From positions 1,214 through 65,213 of the forward strand of contig JAICMG010000001.1 in the NCBI GenBank assembly GCA_025929365.1: a stretch of 64,000 nucleotides of DNA, in the 5' to 3' direction. This DNA is from Frankiaceae bacterium. GTDB taxonomy: Bacteria; Actinomycetota; Actinomycetes; JAFAQI01. The notes below the pieces were generated by a model. It searched no databases, was not told the DNA's origin, and saw only the letters and a list, made by a program, of their open reading frames with translations. Shown here piece by piece: positions 21,405 to 29,725 of this stretch (the stretch's first letter is position 1; each line of letters starts with the position of its first letter). Both the position numbers and the translations under genes were made by a program.

Positions 21405-21512
21405 GGTGGCGCGCCACAGCGCACGCGTCGACCACCCCCGCGCGCGCGTCGGCAACGCAGCTATGCGGGGGGCGGCAGGATGGTGACGCTGAACTCGGCG
21501 GCCCCCTCGTCC

Positions 21513-22181
21513 CTATAACGATGGATCCAAGCGCGCTGACGTTCGGAGGGAGCCGACGCTCCCAGTGACCACTGTCCAGGCGACGATCAGGAGTCCGAAC
21601 ACCGGCACGACGCGTACGAGTGACCGGGTGAACTGCATCGAGACCACGACGTCGGTCAGGGGCACCAAACCGGAGAAGAGGGCGAAGCCGATTCCACCGA
21701 CGACGCCGAGGAGGGCGGATATCCGGTGATCCGTGCCGGCTCGGCCGAGCAGCCATGCGACGGTGGCAACGGACAGCGCCCATACGGCGTCTACCGATTC
21801 AACGACGTCCTTCACCCACAACGCCCAGCCGTGGCGCGAGTGAGCGACGCTTGCGCGCCCCAACGGCAGCAGCAGGTGGACGGTCATCGCCACAACGCAA
21901 AGCACCGCGATCGGTCGAACGAAATCGAGGACTCGCGCAGGCCCGGGTGGAAGGCCGTCGAAGCGCGAAATGCTGAAGACGAAGACGGCGAACAGAACGT
22001 AGCTGGACAGGAGGAACAGGTGTGCGGGCCACCAATCGGCCTGACCGGTCTGGGTGTAGGCCACCTGCGCCATTGTGTGAGCCTTCGGGGCGTGTGGATG
22101 AAGGATCACGCCGACGAGGAAGAGGACACCAGCTGCTCTCAGTGAGACCGCGGCGCGCCTTGGAACTCGGGTCGCGGTCAT
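21513..22181 (-). CDS. hypothetical integral membrane protein
   Basis: About 222 aa from MTATRVPRRAAVSL, with 5-6 predicted TM segments. ATGA overlap with the upstream hydrolase gene. The 5' 52 aa of the ORF are Arg-rich junk. Confidence 0.55.
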   Translation of the reverse strand: MTATRVPRRAAVSLRAAGVLFLVGVILHPHAPKAHTMAQVAYTQTGQADWWPAHLFLLSSYVLFAVFVFSISRFDGLPPGPARVLDFVRPIAVLCVVAMTVHLLLPLGRASVAHSRHGWALWVKDVVESVDAVWALSVATVAWLLGRAGTDHRISALLGVVGGIGFALFSGLVPLTDVVVSMQFTRSLVRVVPVFGLLIVAWTVVTGSVGSLRTSARLDPSL

Positions 22182-23138
22182 GACAGGAAGTCCACTAGGG
22201 CGTCGGCGCAGACTTTCGGTTGGTCGAGCCATACGAGGTGGCCGGCGTCGGCGACGACTTCGAGGCGTGCGTTCGGCATTGATGCCGCGAGCGCCACTCC
22301 GGCCGGTGGTGCACCGAGCGGATCCTTGTCCCCCCATAGAAAGAGCGTGGGCTGGTCAAGGCAAGGCAGTTCAGGTGCGAGCTTGTGCGTCCCAAGGCTC
22401 TGTCTGGCGAGCAGGCCCCAGCCGGCTGGCACGAAGACTCGTTCGACCATGGTGATCCAGCTCGTGGTGGCGCCTGGAATCTGCGCCCCGGCCGCGAGGC
22501 ACTCGCAAAGCACATCGGGCATGCGGCCGACATCCGCGACGAGCTTGGCCTTCGCGAAGCCAGCTCGCACGCCGGCTGCGGCGTTCGGAGGCCTGAGCGG
22601 ACCTTTGTACAGAAGGCGGTTGAGCCCGCGGGTACCGACCAGGCGGTGGAACAAGCGCGGCGCGCCTTCGGCGTTCGCAGGCTCGCCGAGAATTCCTAGC
22701 CGCGAGACCCGTTCGGGGTGTGCCAGCGCAAAGACGAGCGCGAAGTAGCTACCGATGGAGTTGCCGACGATTGCGACCCGCTGCTCGCCTAGCGCATCGA
22801 GGAGAGACCGGATGAAATCCACACCGTGCCGGCGTAGGTCGATGCCCCGGTAGTCGAAGTGAGACGTCAGGCCGCATCCCGGCCGGTCAGGGACGATGAG
22901 CCGATGGGTCGCCGCAAGAGGCGCCAGCAGGGGCAGCCAGGACGCCCCCACGCTGTTGCCGCCGTGAATGAAGAGCACCGGATCGCCGGTGCCCAGCTCG
23001 TTGACCCGCACCCGGAGCCTCGGCTCGGAAATCTCCACGAATCGCGACGACACCCGAAGGTCCGCCGCGGCGAAGGCGGCCGCTTCCGCCCGCTCGAACC
23101 GTTCCGCAGGGGTCGTCGTGTCCAACACCGGTGCCACC
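22178..23138 (-). CDS. alpha/beta-fold hydrolase
   Basis: HGG oxyanion motif (VLFIHGGNS) and nucleophile elbow GNSIGS. Start set at the GTG 23138 so that the gene does not run through the divergent operator and tetR. Start is uncertain. Confidence 0.75.
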
Positions 23139-23144
23139 TCATTT

Positions 23145-23170
23145 CCGATATTATCGGTTATATCGGAATG
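23145..23170. promoter_or_regulatory. AT-rich nested palindrome TTCCGATATTATCGGTTATATCGGAA, putative TetR operator
   Basis: CCGATA-T-TATCGG is a perfect 13-bp palindrome nested in the TTCCGATA…TATCGGAA repeat. Sits in the 48-bp divergent region between the hydrolase (-) and tetR (+). It is conspicuously AT-rich in a 70% GC genome. Confidence 0.6.
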
Positions 23171-23186
23171 GAGGGTGGCTCGGCCC

Positions 23187-23837
23187 GTGGCTGATGTCAA
23201 GCGGCGTCGGTACGACGCGTCTCGTCGCCAGGAGCACGCCGGTGCCAATCGCAGGGCAATGCTTGACGCCGCCATCGAGCTCCTGGTCGGGCGCGGCTAC
23301 GGCGAAACCACCCTCGCCCTCGTCGCTGAACGTGCTGGCGTTGCCGTGCCCACGGCCTACAAGGCGTTCGGTAACAAGCCGGGCATGGTGAAGGCTGCCC
23401 TCGACTATGCGGCAGCCGGCGACGATGACCCCACGCCCATTCATCAGCGTGAGCGCGCGATGCGGATCCTGTCCGAGCCGGATCCCGTGCGGAAGCTCAA
23501 GATCTATACCGATGGCTTGATCGGGACGCTCACTCGCTCCGCCCGCCTGCAGCTCGTCGCCCGAGCCGCGGCCGAGGTCGACCCTGAGATCGCGGCCATC
23601 TGGGAGCACATCACGTCGAGGCGCCTGTTCGGCATGGGAGTCATCGCCACCAACTTGGCCGAGGGCGGCCACCTGCGGCGCGGCCTGAGCAAAAGAGAGG
23701 CCCGAGACGTTCTGTGGGCGTACACCTCGCCGGAGCTGTATCAGCTCATGGTGCTGACCCGTGGCTGGTCTCGTTCCCGCTATCGGGACTGGATCTTCCG
23801 TTCGCTCGTTGACGCGCTCTTGCCTGAAAGCCGCTGA
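23187..23837 (+). CDS. TetR/AcrR-family transcriptional regulator
   Basis: N-terminal HTH (…AMLDAAIELLVGRGYGETTLALVAERAGVAVPTAYKAFGNK…). GTG start at 23187 is in frame with the longer ORF, whose upstream part overlaps the divergent gene. Confidence 0.85.
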   Translation: MADVKRRRYDASRRQEHAGANRRAMLDAAIELLVGRGYGETTLALVAERAGVAVPTAYKAFGNKPGMVKAALDYAAAGDDDPTPIHQRERAMRILSEPDPVRKLKIYTDGLIGTLTRSARLQLVARAAAEVDPEIAAIWEHITSRRLFGMGVIATNLAEGGHLRRGLSKREARDVLWAYTSPELYQLMVLTRGWSRSRYRDWIFRSLVDALLPESR

Positions 23838-23881
23838 TCGTCCGTCGAAGACGGCTGGCGCGCTCTCGGCTCACTTGCTTG

Positions 23882-23953
23882 TGCCCCCGGGGCGATTCGA
23901 ACGCCCGCACCCGCCTCCGGAGGGCGGTGCTCTATCCCCTGAGCTACGGGGGC
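23882..23953 (-). tRNA. tRNA-Arg (anticodon CCG)
   Basis: Reverse complement GCCCCCGTAGCTCAGGGGATAGAGCACCGCCCTCCGGAGGCGGGTGCGGGCGTTCGAATCGCCCCGGGGGCA folds into a cloverleaf. Perfect 7-bp acceptor stem, GTTCGAAT T-loop, anticodon loop CU-CCG-GA. No encoded CCA. Confidence 0.9.
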
Positions 23954-24014
23954 GACAACGCGCCGAGGCTAGCAGCGGGTGAGTCGTCCTCGATCGACGT
24001 CGAAACCGACAGTG

Positions 24015-25232
24015 TCACGTGTCCATCGCCAACGCGATGGTCAGCTCCTCGACCACTCGGGGATCCTGCAACCGCTCGCCGTACCGCTCGCGCAGCTGGG
24101 TCATCCGGTAGCGAACCGTCTGCGGATGCACCGACAGATCGGCAGCGATGTCCTCGCGCCGACCTTGGTGCAGCAACCACGAACGCAGGGTCTCGACCAG
24201 GCGGTCCGCCGACGATCCCCGCAACCCGGCGAGTGGCGCGAGCGCCCTGGCGCGCAGGTCCGCGAGCGCCTCACCGTCCGCGGTGCAGACCAGCCGGGCG
24301 AGGTAGCTCTCGGTGTCGATCGGCGCACCGTCATCGGTGTGCACGAGACGGTGCACTCGCAGTGCCCGGCGGTACGACGCGGCAACCGCGGTCCACGGGC
24401 GATCCGGGCCTACCACCGCTTGCCGACCGACGAGGTGCCGGAACAGGAACTGTCGCGACGCGGCGCCCGTCGACGGGACCAGCAACGCCGTCAGCGGCTG
24501 CTCGTCCTCGCCGGGTTCGACCCCTATGGACAACGCGGCACGATCGAGGCCGGCGCGGGCTGCGCGCATCTGGCTCGACGGCAGCAGGACCGCGATCAAC
24601 GATTCCGGCGGACTCCAGTCGGCACGCTGCGCGGTTTCGGCGAGCTCGTCCTCGGCGACGCCGTCCAACAAAGCTTGAGCCAGACGCTCGAGCAGCCGCT
24701 CGCGGACCCGGCCGGTGGTGGCGAGCTCGTCGGAATGGCCCGCGACGCTCGCCGCCGACAGCTCGTCGATGTAGGCGAACACCAGCTCGGCGAACCTGGC
24801 GAGCTGCACCGCCGGCAGCCGGGAGCTGACCGCCGTCTGCGACAGCTCCCGCCAGGCGATCCGGGCACCCACGCGGTACGCCGCCAGCAGGGCATCCATG
24901 GGGCGACCGGAGCGAGCCTCGCCGCGGCCGAGCGCGTAGGCGCCGTCGAGCGCGGGCTGCAACGGCGTGCCCGCGTCGCTCGCGCGACCGCTGCCGACCA
25001 GGTGCAGGAAGCCGGCGAGCGCGAGCTGCACGGCCTCGGCGATCGTCTGGCCCATCGGCCCGTCCCACGCGTCGGCGTAGCTCGGGACGTTGTCGATCAC
25101 CGCGGCGACGGTCAGCTCGGCGACCGAGGGCAGCTGCTGCCGGAGCGCGTCGACGAGGGGGGCACCGACCGCGAACGCGCTGGCCGCGTCGACGGCGCCG
25201 GGAACTGGTACTGATTTGTCTTTCACGAACAA
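24015..25232 (-). CDS. PucR-family (CdaR-like) transcriptional regulator
   Basis: C-terminal PucR HTH (…DLSVHPQTVRYRMTQLRERYG…). Start is uncertain (TTG at 25232 or GTG at 25226) and lies inside a palindromic intergenic region. Confidence 0.75.
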   Translation of the reverse strand: MFVKDKSVPVPGAVDAASAFAVGAPLVDALRQQLPSVAELTVAAVIDNVPSYADAWDGPMGQTIAEAVQLALAGFLHLVGSGRASDAGTPLQPALDGAYALGRGEARSGRPMDALLAAYRVGARIAWRELSQTAVSSRLPAVQLARFAELVFAYIDELSAASVAGHSDELATTGRVRERLLERLAQALLDGVAEDELAETAQRADWSPPESLIAVLLPSSQMRAARAGLDRAALSIGVEPGEDEQPLTALLVPSTGAASRQFLFRHLVGRQAVVGPDRPWTAVAASYRRALRVHRLVHTDDGAPIDTESYLARLVCTADGEALADLRARALAPLAGLRGSSADRLVETLRSWLLHQGRREDIAADLSVHPQTVRYRMTQLRERYGERLQDPRVVEELTIALAMDT

Positions 25233-25247
25233 ATCTATCGGATCAGT
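25209..25247. promoter_or_regulatory. nested inverted repeats ACTGATTTGT-N9-ACAAATC…GATCAGT between the PucR regulator and the divergent reductase-desaturase operon
   Basis: GATTTGT/ACAAATC and ACTGAT/ATCAGT arms. AT-rich. Positioned at the 5' ends of both divergent transcription units. Confidence 0.45.
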
Positions 25248-25256
25248 TCACGCTTC

Positions 25257-26390
25257 ATGGTCAGGACTTTAACCCTTCCGGTCAGCCACGCTGACGCTGT
25301 GAGCATCCTCGAACGGCCGGCGGCAGCGGGCCGCCCACTTCGACACGGCCTGTCCCGGCTCGGGCGAGCCCTCGCGACGCCGCTGGTGCCGACCGACTTC
25401 CTGGACCTGCTGGACCCCCTCGCGTCCGCGGTCGACCTGCGTGGGCGGGTCGTCGAGGTCCGGCCGGAGACCGCCGACGCCGCGACGCTGGTCATCAAGC
25501 CGGGGCGCGCGTGGCGCGGACACGTCCCCGGCCAGTACGTCCGGATCGGCGTCGACATCGACGGCGTCCGCCGCTGGCGCGCGTACTCCCTCACCTCTCA
25601 CCTCGGCCGTGCCGACGGCTGCATCGCGATCACCGTCAAGGCGATCCCCGACGGCATCGTCAGCAACTACCTCGTACGACGCGCCACGCCCGGCCTCGTT
25701 GTCCAGCTCGACCAGGCCACCGGGGACTTCACCCTTCCGGCGAGACCGCCGGCACACCTCCTCTTCATCACCGGCGGCAGCGGCATCACCCCGGTGATGG
25801 GCATGCTCCGCAACGCGATCGACGCCATGGACGACGTCGTGCTGCTGCACTCCGCGCCGACCGCGCAGGACGTGATCTTCGCCGGCGAGCTGCGCGCGTT
25901 GGGCGGCTCCGGCCGACTGCGGCTGATCGAGCGTCATACCGACGTCGACGGCATGCTCGGCGCCTCGGACCTGGCTGAGTTGGTCGACGACATCGGCTTC
26001 CGCGAGGTCTGGGCGTGCGGCCCCACGGGGATGCTCGACATGCTCGACGCGGCGTGGACCGCGAGCGGACGAACCGACGTCCTGCACACCGAACGCTTCC
26101 GGCCGGCGATCACCGCGGTCGGTGACGGCGGCACCGTCACCTTCACCTCCAGCGACGTGACCGTCGCCGCCGACGGCGGCACGCCACTGCTCGACATCGG
26201 CGAAGCAGCCGGTGTCCTCATGCCGTCGGGGTGCCGGATGGGCATCTGCTTCGGCTGCGTGCGACCGCTCCGCGACGGCGCCGTCCGGGACCTGCGCACC
26301 GGCCAGGTGACCGAGGCGATTGAAGGTGACGGCGTGCTGGTACAGACCTGCATCTCCGCCGCCGCCGGCCCCTGCTCCATCGACGTATGA
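25257..26390 (+). CDS. ferredoxin-NAD(P)H reductase-type oxidoreductase (FAD/NAD-binding plus C-terminal 2Fe-2S ferredoxin domain), desaturase electron donor
   Basis: FAD-binding RAYSL, NAD-binding LLFITGGSGITP, C-terminal Cys cluster MPSGCRMGICFGC. Same architecture as Rv3230c, the partner of DesA3. Start is uncertain. Confidence 0.85.
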   Translation: MVRTLTLPVSHADAVSILERPAAAGRPLRHGLSRLGRALATPLVPTDFLDLLDPLASAVDLRGRVVEVRPETADAATLVIKPGRAWRGHVPGQYVRIGVDIDGVRRWRAYSLTSHLGRADGCIAITVKAIPDGIVSNYLVRRATPGLVVQLDQATGDFTLPARPPAHLLFITGGSGITPVMGMLRNAIDAMDDVVLLHSAPTAQDVIFAGELRALGGSGRLRLIERHTDVDGMLGASDLAELVDDIGFREVWACGPTGMLDMLDAAWTASGRTDVLHTERFRPAITAVGDGGTVTFTSSDVTVAADGGTPLLDIGEAAGVLMPSGCRMGICFGCVRPLRDGAVRDLRTGQVTEAIEGDGVLVQTCISAAAGPCSIDV

Positions 26391-26415
26391 CCTACGAACG
26401 ACACAAGGAGAGCTC

Positions 26416-27579
26416 GTGACCGCGATCCAGCGCCTTCCGCTCGACCCGACCGCGCATCTGCGCGCCGAGGACATCGAGGCAATCGGCCGCGAGCTCGACG
26501 CCATTCGCGACGCCGTGCTCGCCACGCGAGGCGAAGCGGACGCGGCGTACATCCGCAAGGTCATCGACGCGCAACGCAAGGTGGAGCTCGCGAGCCGCGC
26601 GGTGCTTCTCGTGTCTCTGTTCCCGCCTGCATGGCTGGCGGGAACCATCGGGCTGTCGATCTCCAAGATCCTCGAGAACATGGAGATCGGCCACAACGTC
26701 ATGCACGGCCAGTGGGACTGGATGCGTGACCCGAAGATCCACTCCACGACCTGGGAGTGGGACAACGCCTCGCCGTCGTCGATGTGGAAGCACTCCCACA
26801 ACCAGATCCACCACGCGTATACCAACGTGCTCGGCAAGGACAACGACCTCGGCTACGGCATCATGCGCGTCGACGAAGACCAGCGATGGAGTCCCTTCTA
26901 CCTGGGCCAGCCGCTGTGGAACTTCCTCAACGCGTGCCTGTTCGAGTACGGCATCGCGGCCTACGACCTGGAGATCGGGAAGTACCTCAAGGGCCGCAAG
27001 GACAAGGCGGAGTTCCGCCAGCAGGTCAGAGACGTCATGGCCAAGATCAAGAAGCAGGCCACGCGGGACTACGTGCTCCATCCGTTGCTGTCGGGCCCGT
27101 CGGCGCTGTCGACCCTCGGCGCCAACGCGACGGCAAACCTGGTGCGGAACTGGTGGACGCACTCGGTGATCATGTGCGGCCACTTCCCCACCGGTATCGC
27201 GACCTTCACGAAGACCTCGATCGAAGGTGAGACCCGCGGCGAGTGGTACCTGCGCCAGATGCTCGGCGCCGGCAACATCAGCGGCGGAAAGCTCCTGCAC
27301 CTGATGACCGGCAACCTGTCGTTTCAGATCGAGCACCACCTCTACCCCGACCTGCCGAGCAACCGGTACGCCGAGGTCGCGCCGAAGGTGCGCGAGGTGT
27401 TCGAGCGCTACGGCTTGCCGTACGTCACCGGCTCGCTGCCGCGGCAGGTCGGGTCGGCCTGGAAGAAGGTGCTTCGGCTCTCGCTTCCCAACGACTTTGC
27501 CCGCAAGGCGGTCGGCGCGGTGGTCAAGCCCCTGGCCTCGACCGCCACCCGAGCCGAGCCCGAGCGCGCGGCCGCCTGA
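26416..27579 (+). CDS. acyl-CoA (stearoyl-CoA-type) membrane desaturase, DesA3-like
   Basis: His boxes HNVMHGQWDW, HSHNQIHHAYTN and QIEHHLYP. GTG at 26416 is preceded by an AAGGAGA ribosome-binding site. The upstream part of ORF 26320.. overlaps the reductase stop and is not coding. Confidence 0.88.
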   Translation: MTAIQRLPLDPTAHLRAEDIEAIGRELDAIRDAVLATRGEADAAYIRKVIDAQRKVELASRAVLLVSLFPPAWLAGTIGLSISKILENMEIGHNVMHGQWDWMRDPKIHSTTWEWDNASPSSMWKHSHNQIHHAYTNVLGKDNDLGYGIMRVDEDQRWSPFYLGQPLWNFLNACLFEYGIAAYDLEIGKYLKGRKDKAEFRQQVRDVMAKIKKQATRDYVLHPLLSGPSALSTLGANATANLVRNWWTHSVIMCGHFPTGIATFTKTSIEGETRGEWYLRQMLGAGNISGGKLLHLMTGNLSFQIEHHLYPDLPSNRYAEVAPKVREVFERYGLPYVTGSLPRQVGSAWKKVLRLSLPNDFARKAVGAVVKPLASTATRAEPERAAA

Positions 27580-27660
27580 GCCCCTGCTGGTCGACCCGGT
27601 GGTCGCCACCGGCCGGAACGCGATAGAAAACGGTGTCCGCATCGACGCCGGAGGCCGCTC

Positions 27661-29130
27661 GTGACCGCACCCGTAGCTCATCCAGATCGCTTCTTCATCG
27701 GCGGCGAGTGGGTGGCCCCCTCGTCGACGGCGACGATCGACGTGATCGACTCGCACAGCGAGGAGGTCTACTTCTCGGTCGCCGAGGCGCAGGCCGCCGA
27801 CATGGACCGCGCGATCGCGGCGGCCAGAGAGGCCTTCGACAACGGCCCGTGGCCGTTTCTCAGCCACAGCGAGCGCGCCGACTACCTCCGCGCGCTCGGC
27901 AAGGAGGTCGCCGCGCGCGCGGATGCGCTGGGCGACATCTGGCCGCGCGAGTCCGGAATCCTCGCGATCATGGCGAAGTACGCCGCGCCGGCGTTCGCCA
28001 CGGTCTTCGACTACTACGCGGACCTCGCCACCACGTTCGCGTGGGAAGAGCGGGCCCAGCCGACCGGCGGCGGCGCGTTCGGCCTCGTCGTTCGCGAGCC
28101 GGTCGGCGTGGTGGGCGCGATCATCCCGTGGAACGCGCCCATCCAGCTCGCGATCTACAAGATGGCGCCGGCGATGCTCGCCGGCTGCACCGTCGTGCTG
28201 AAGGCCTCACCCGAGGCACCCGGCGCGGCATACCTGCTCGCCGAAGCCGCCGAGGCAGCCGGCCTGCCGGCCGGCGTCTTCAACGTCTTGACCGCTGACC
28301 GCGAGGTCTCGGAGCGACTGGTCACCGATCTGCGGATCGACAAGATCGCCTTCACCGGCTCAACCGCGGCAGGTCGCCGGATCGCCTCGCTGTGCGGCGA
28401 GCGCATCGCGCGCTACACGCTCGAGCTCGGCGGCAAGTCCGCAGCCGTCATCCTCGACGACGCCGACCTCGCGCAGGCGGCGACGGCGATCTCCGGCTCG
28501 GAGTGCATGATCTCCGGGCAGGTGTGCTCATCGCTCACCCGCCTGGTGGTCCCCCGCAAGCGCCACGACGAGTTCGTCGAGGCACTCGCGAGCACGTTCT
28601 CGAAGGTGGTCGTCGGCGACCCGTTCGACGACGCGACCCAGATGGGCCCGCTCGCGATGGAGCGGCAGCGCGACAAGGTGCTCGGCCTGATCGAGCAGGG
28701 CAAGACCGAAGCGAAGCTCGTCACCGGCGGCGGGCGGCCGGCGCACCTCGAGCGCGGTTACTACGTCGAGCCCACCGTGTTCGCCAACGTCGACAACTCG
28801 GCCACGATCGCGCAGGAAGAGATCTTCGGCCCGGTCCTGTCGGTGATCCCGGCCGCGGATGAAGAGGACGCGATCCGGATCGCGAACGACACCATCTACG
28901 GACTCAACGCCTCGGTTTTCACACCCGACGCGGATCGCGCCCGAGCCGTCGCGGCACGACTGCGCTCCGGCACGGTCGGCCACAACGGCTTCCGCACCGA
29001 CTTCGGCATCGCCTTCGGCGGCTTCAAGCAATCCGGCATCGGCCGCGAGGGCGGCGTCGAGGGCCTGCTCCCCTACCTCGAGACCAAGACCGTCATCCTC
29101 GAGGGAACCCCGAGCGCCTACACGGACTGA
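27661..29130 (+). CDS. NAD(P)-dependent aldehyde dehydrogenase
   Basis: 489 aa. Contains the catalytic Cys (GQVCSS) and the motifs ELGGKSAAV and the Glu in the EEIFGPV region. GGAGG ribosome-binding site 9 nt upstream of the GTG. Confidence 0.93.
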   Translation: MTAPVAHPDRFFIGGEWVAPSSTATIDVIDSHSEEVYFSVAEAQAADMDRAIAAAREAFDNGPWPFLSHSERADYLRALGKEVAARADALGDIWPRESGILAIMAKYAAPAFATVFDYYADLATTFAWEERAQPTGGGAFGLVVREPVGVVGAIIPWNAPIQLAIYKMAPAMLAGCTVVLKASPEAPGAAYLLAEAAEAAGLPAGVFNVLTADREVSERLVTDLRIDKIAFTGSTAAGRRIASLCGERIARYTLELGGKSAAVILDDADLAQAATAISGSECMISGQVCSSLTRLVVPRKRHDEFVEALASTFSKVVVGDPFDDATQMGPLAMERQRDKVLGLIEQGKTEAKLVTGGGRPAHLERGYYVEPTVFANVDNSATIAQEEIFGPVLSVIPAADEEDAIRIANDTIYGLNASVFTPDADRARAVAARLRSGTVGHNGFRTDFGIAFGGFKQSGIGREGGVEGLLPYLETKTVILEGTPSAYTD

Positions 29131-29198
29131 GCGGGCGAGCCCAACCGCGCCGGCCGATCAGCCACCTCGGCTCGGGCGCGAGGCGCGATTCGGTGCCG

Positions 29199-29657
29199 TC
29201 ACAGGACGGTGACGGTGGCAGACCCGCTCGACGGCCAGCGGCCGGCATACGTGGTGGTGGGCGCGAGCAAGCCGCATTGCTGCGTCGCGGTCGCGACGTA
29301 GCGCACGACGCCTTGCCGCATCGCGGCCGCCGGAATGTGCAGCACCCCTGCTGACGCGACGGACTTGTTCGAAAGCTCACGGCTCGCCGAGTACCGGTGC
29401 CCACCGGCCCGCCACCAGGTAAGGGTGATCGTGAAGGGCGCGCACAGCAGCTGGTCGTAGGAGTTGTCGACGGCAATCTCCACATTCGCCCTCCGGCTCG
29501 GCGGCGACGCCGTCGGGCCGACCGCGACGACGGTCAGCGTGGAGTTGTCACCGGCCGGCGAAGCGGCGAAGGCCTGGCCTCCAGCGGATCCGCATGCCAG
29601 CACACTGAGTACGGTTGCGCCGGCCGCGACTCGGCGCCGGCTGCTAAATGTGACCAT
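29199..29657 (-). CDS. hypothetical lipoprotein
   Basis: Signal peptide with lipobox VLSVLACGS (from M8). No recognizable domain. Confidence 0.5.
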   Translation of the reverse strand: MVTFSSRRRVAAGATVLSVLACGSAGGQAFAASPAGDNSTLTVVAVGPTASPPSRRANVEIAVDNSYDQLLCAPFTITLTWWRAGGHRYSASRELSNKSVASAGVLHIPAAAMRQGVVRYVATATQQCGLLAPTTTYAGRWPSSGSATVTVL

Positions 29658-29725
29658 GGCCCCAGCGTCCGCAGCCAAGCGGCGACGAACATCGGTAGCG
29701 CTACCTATTTCGCGAGCTGCTGTAC

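Noticed and set aside
23879-25214. Plus-strand ORFs 23879-24829 and 23979-25214
   Set aside because: They run through the tRNA-Arg gene and antisense to the PucR regulator. Ala/Arg/Pro-rich.
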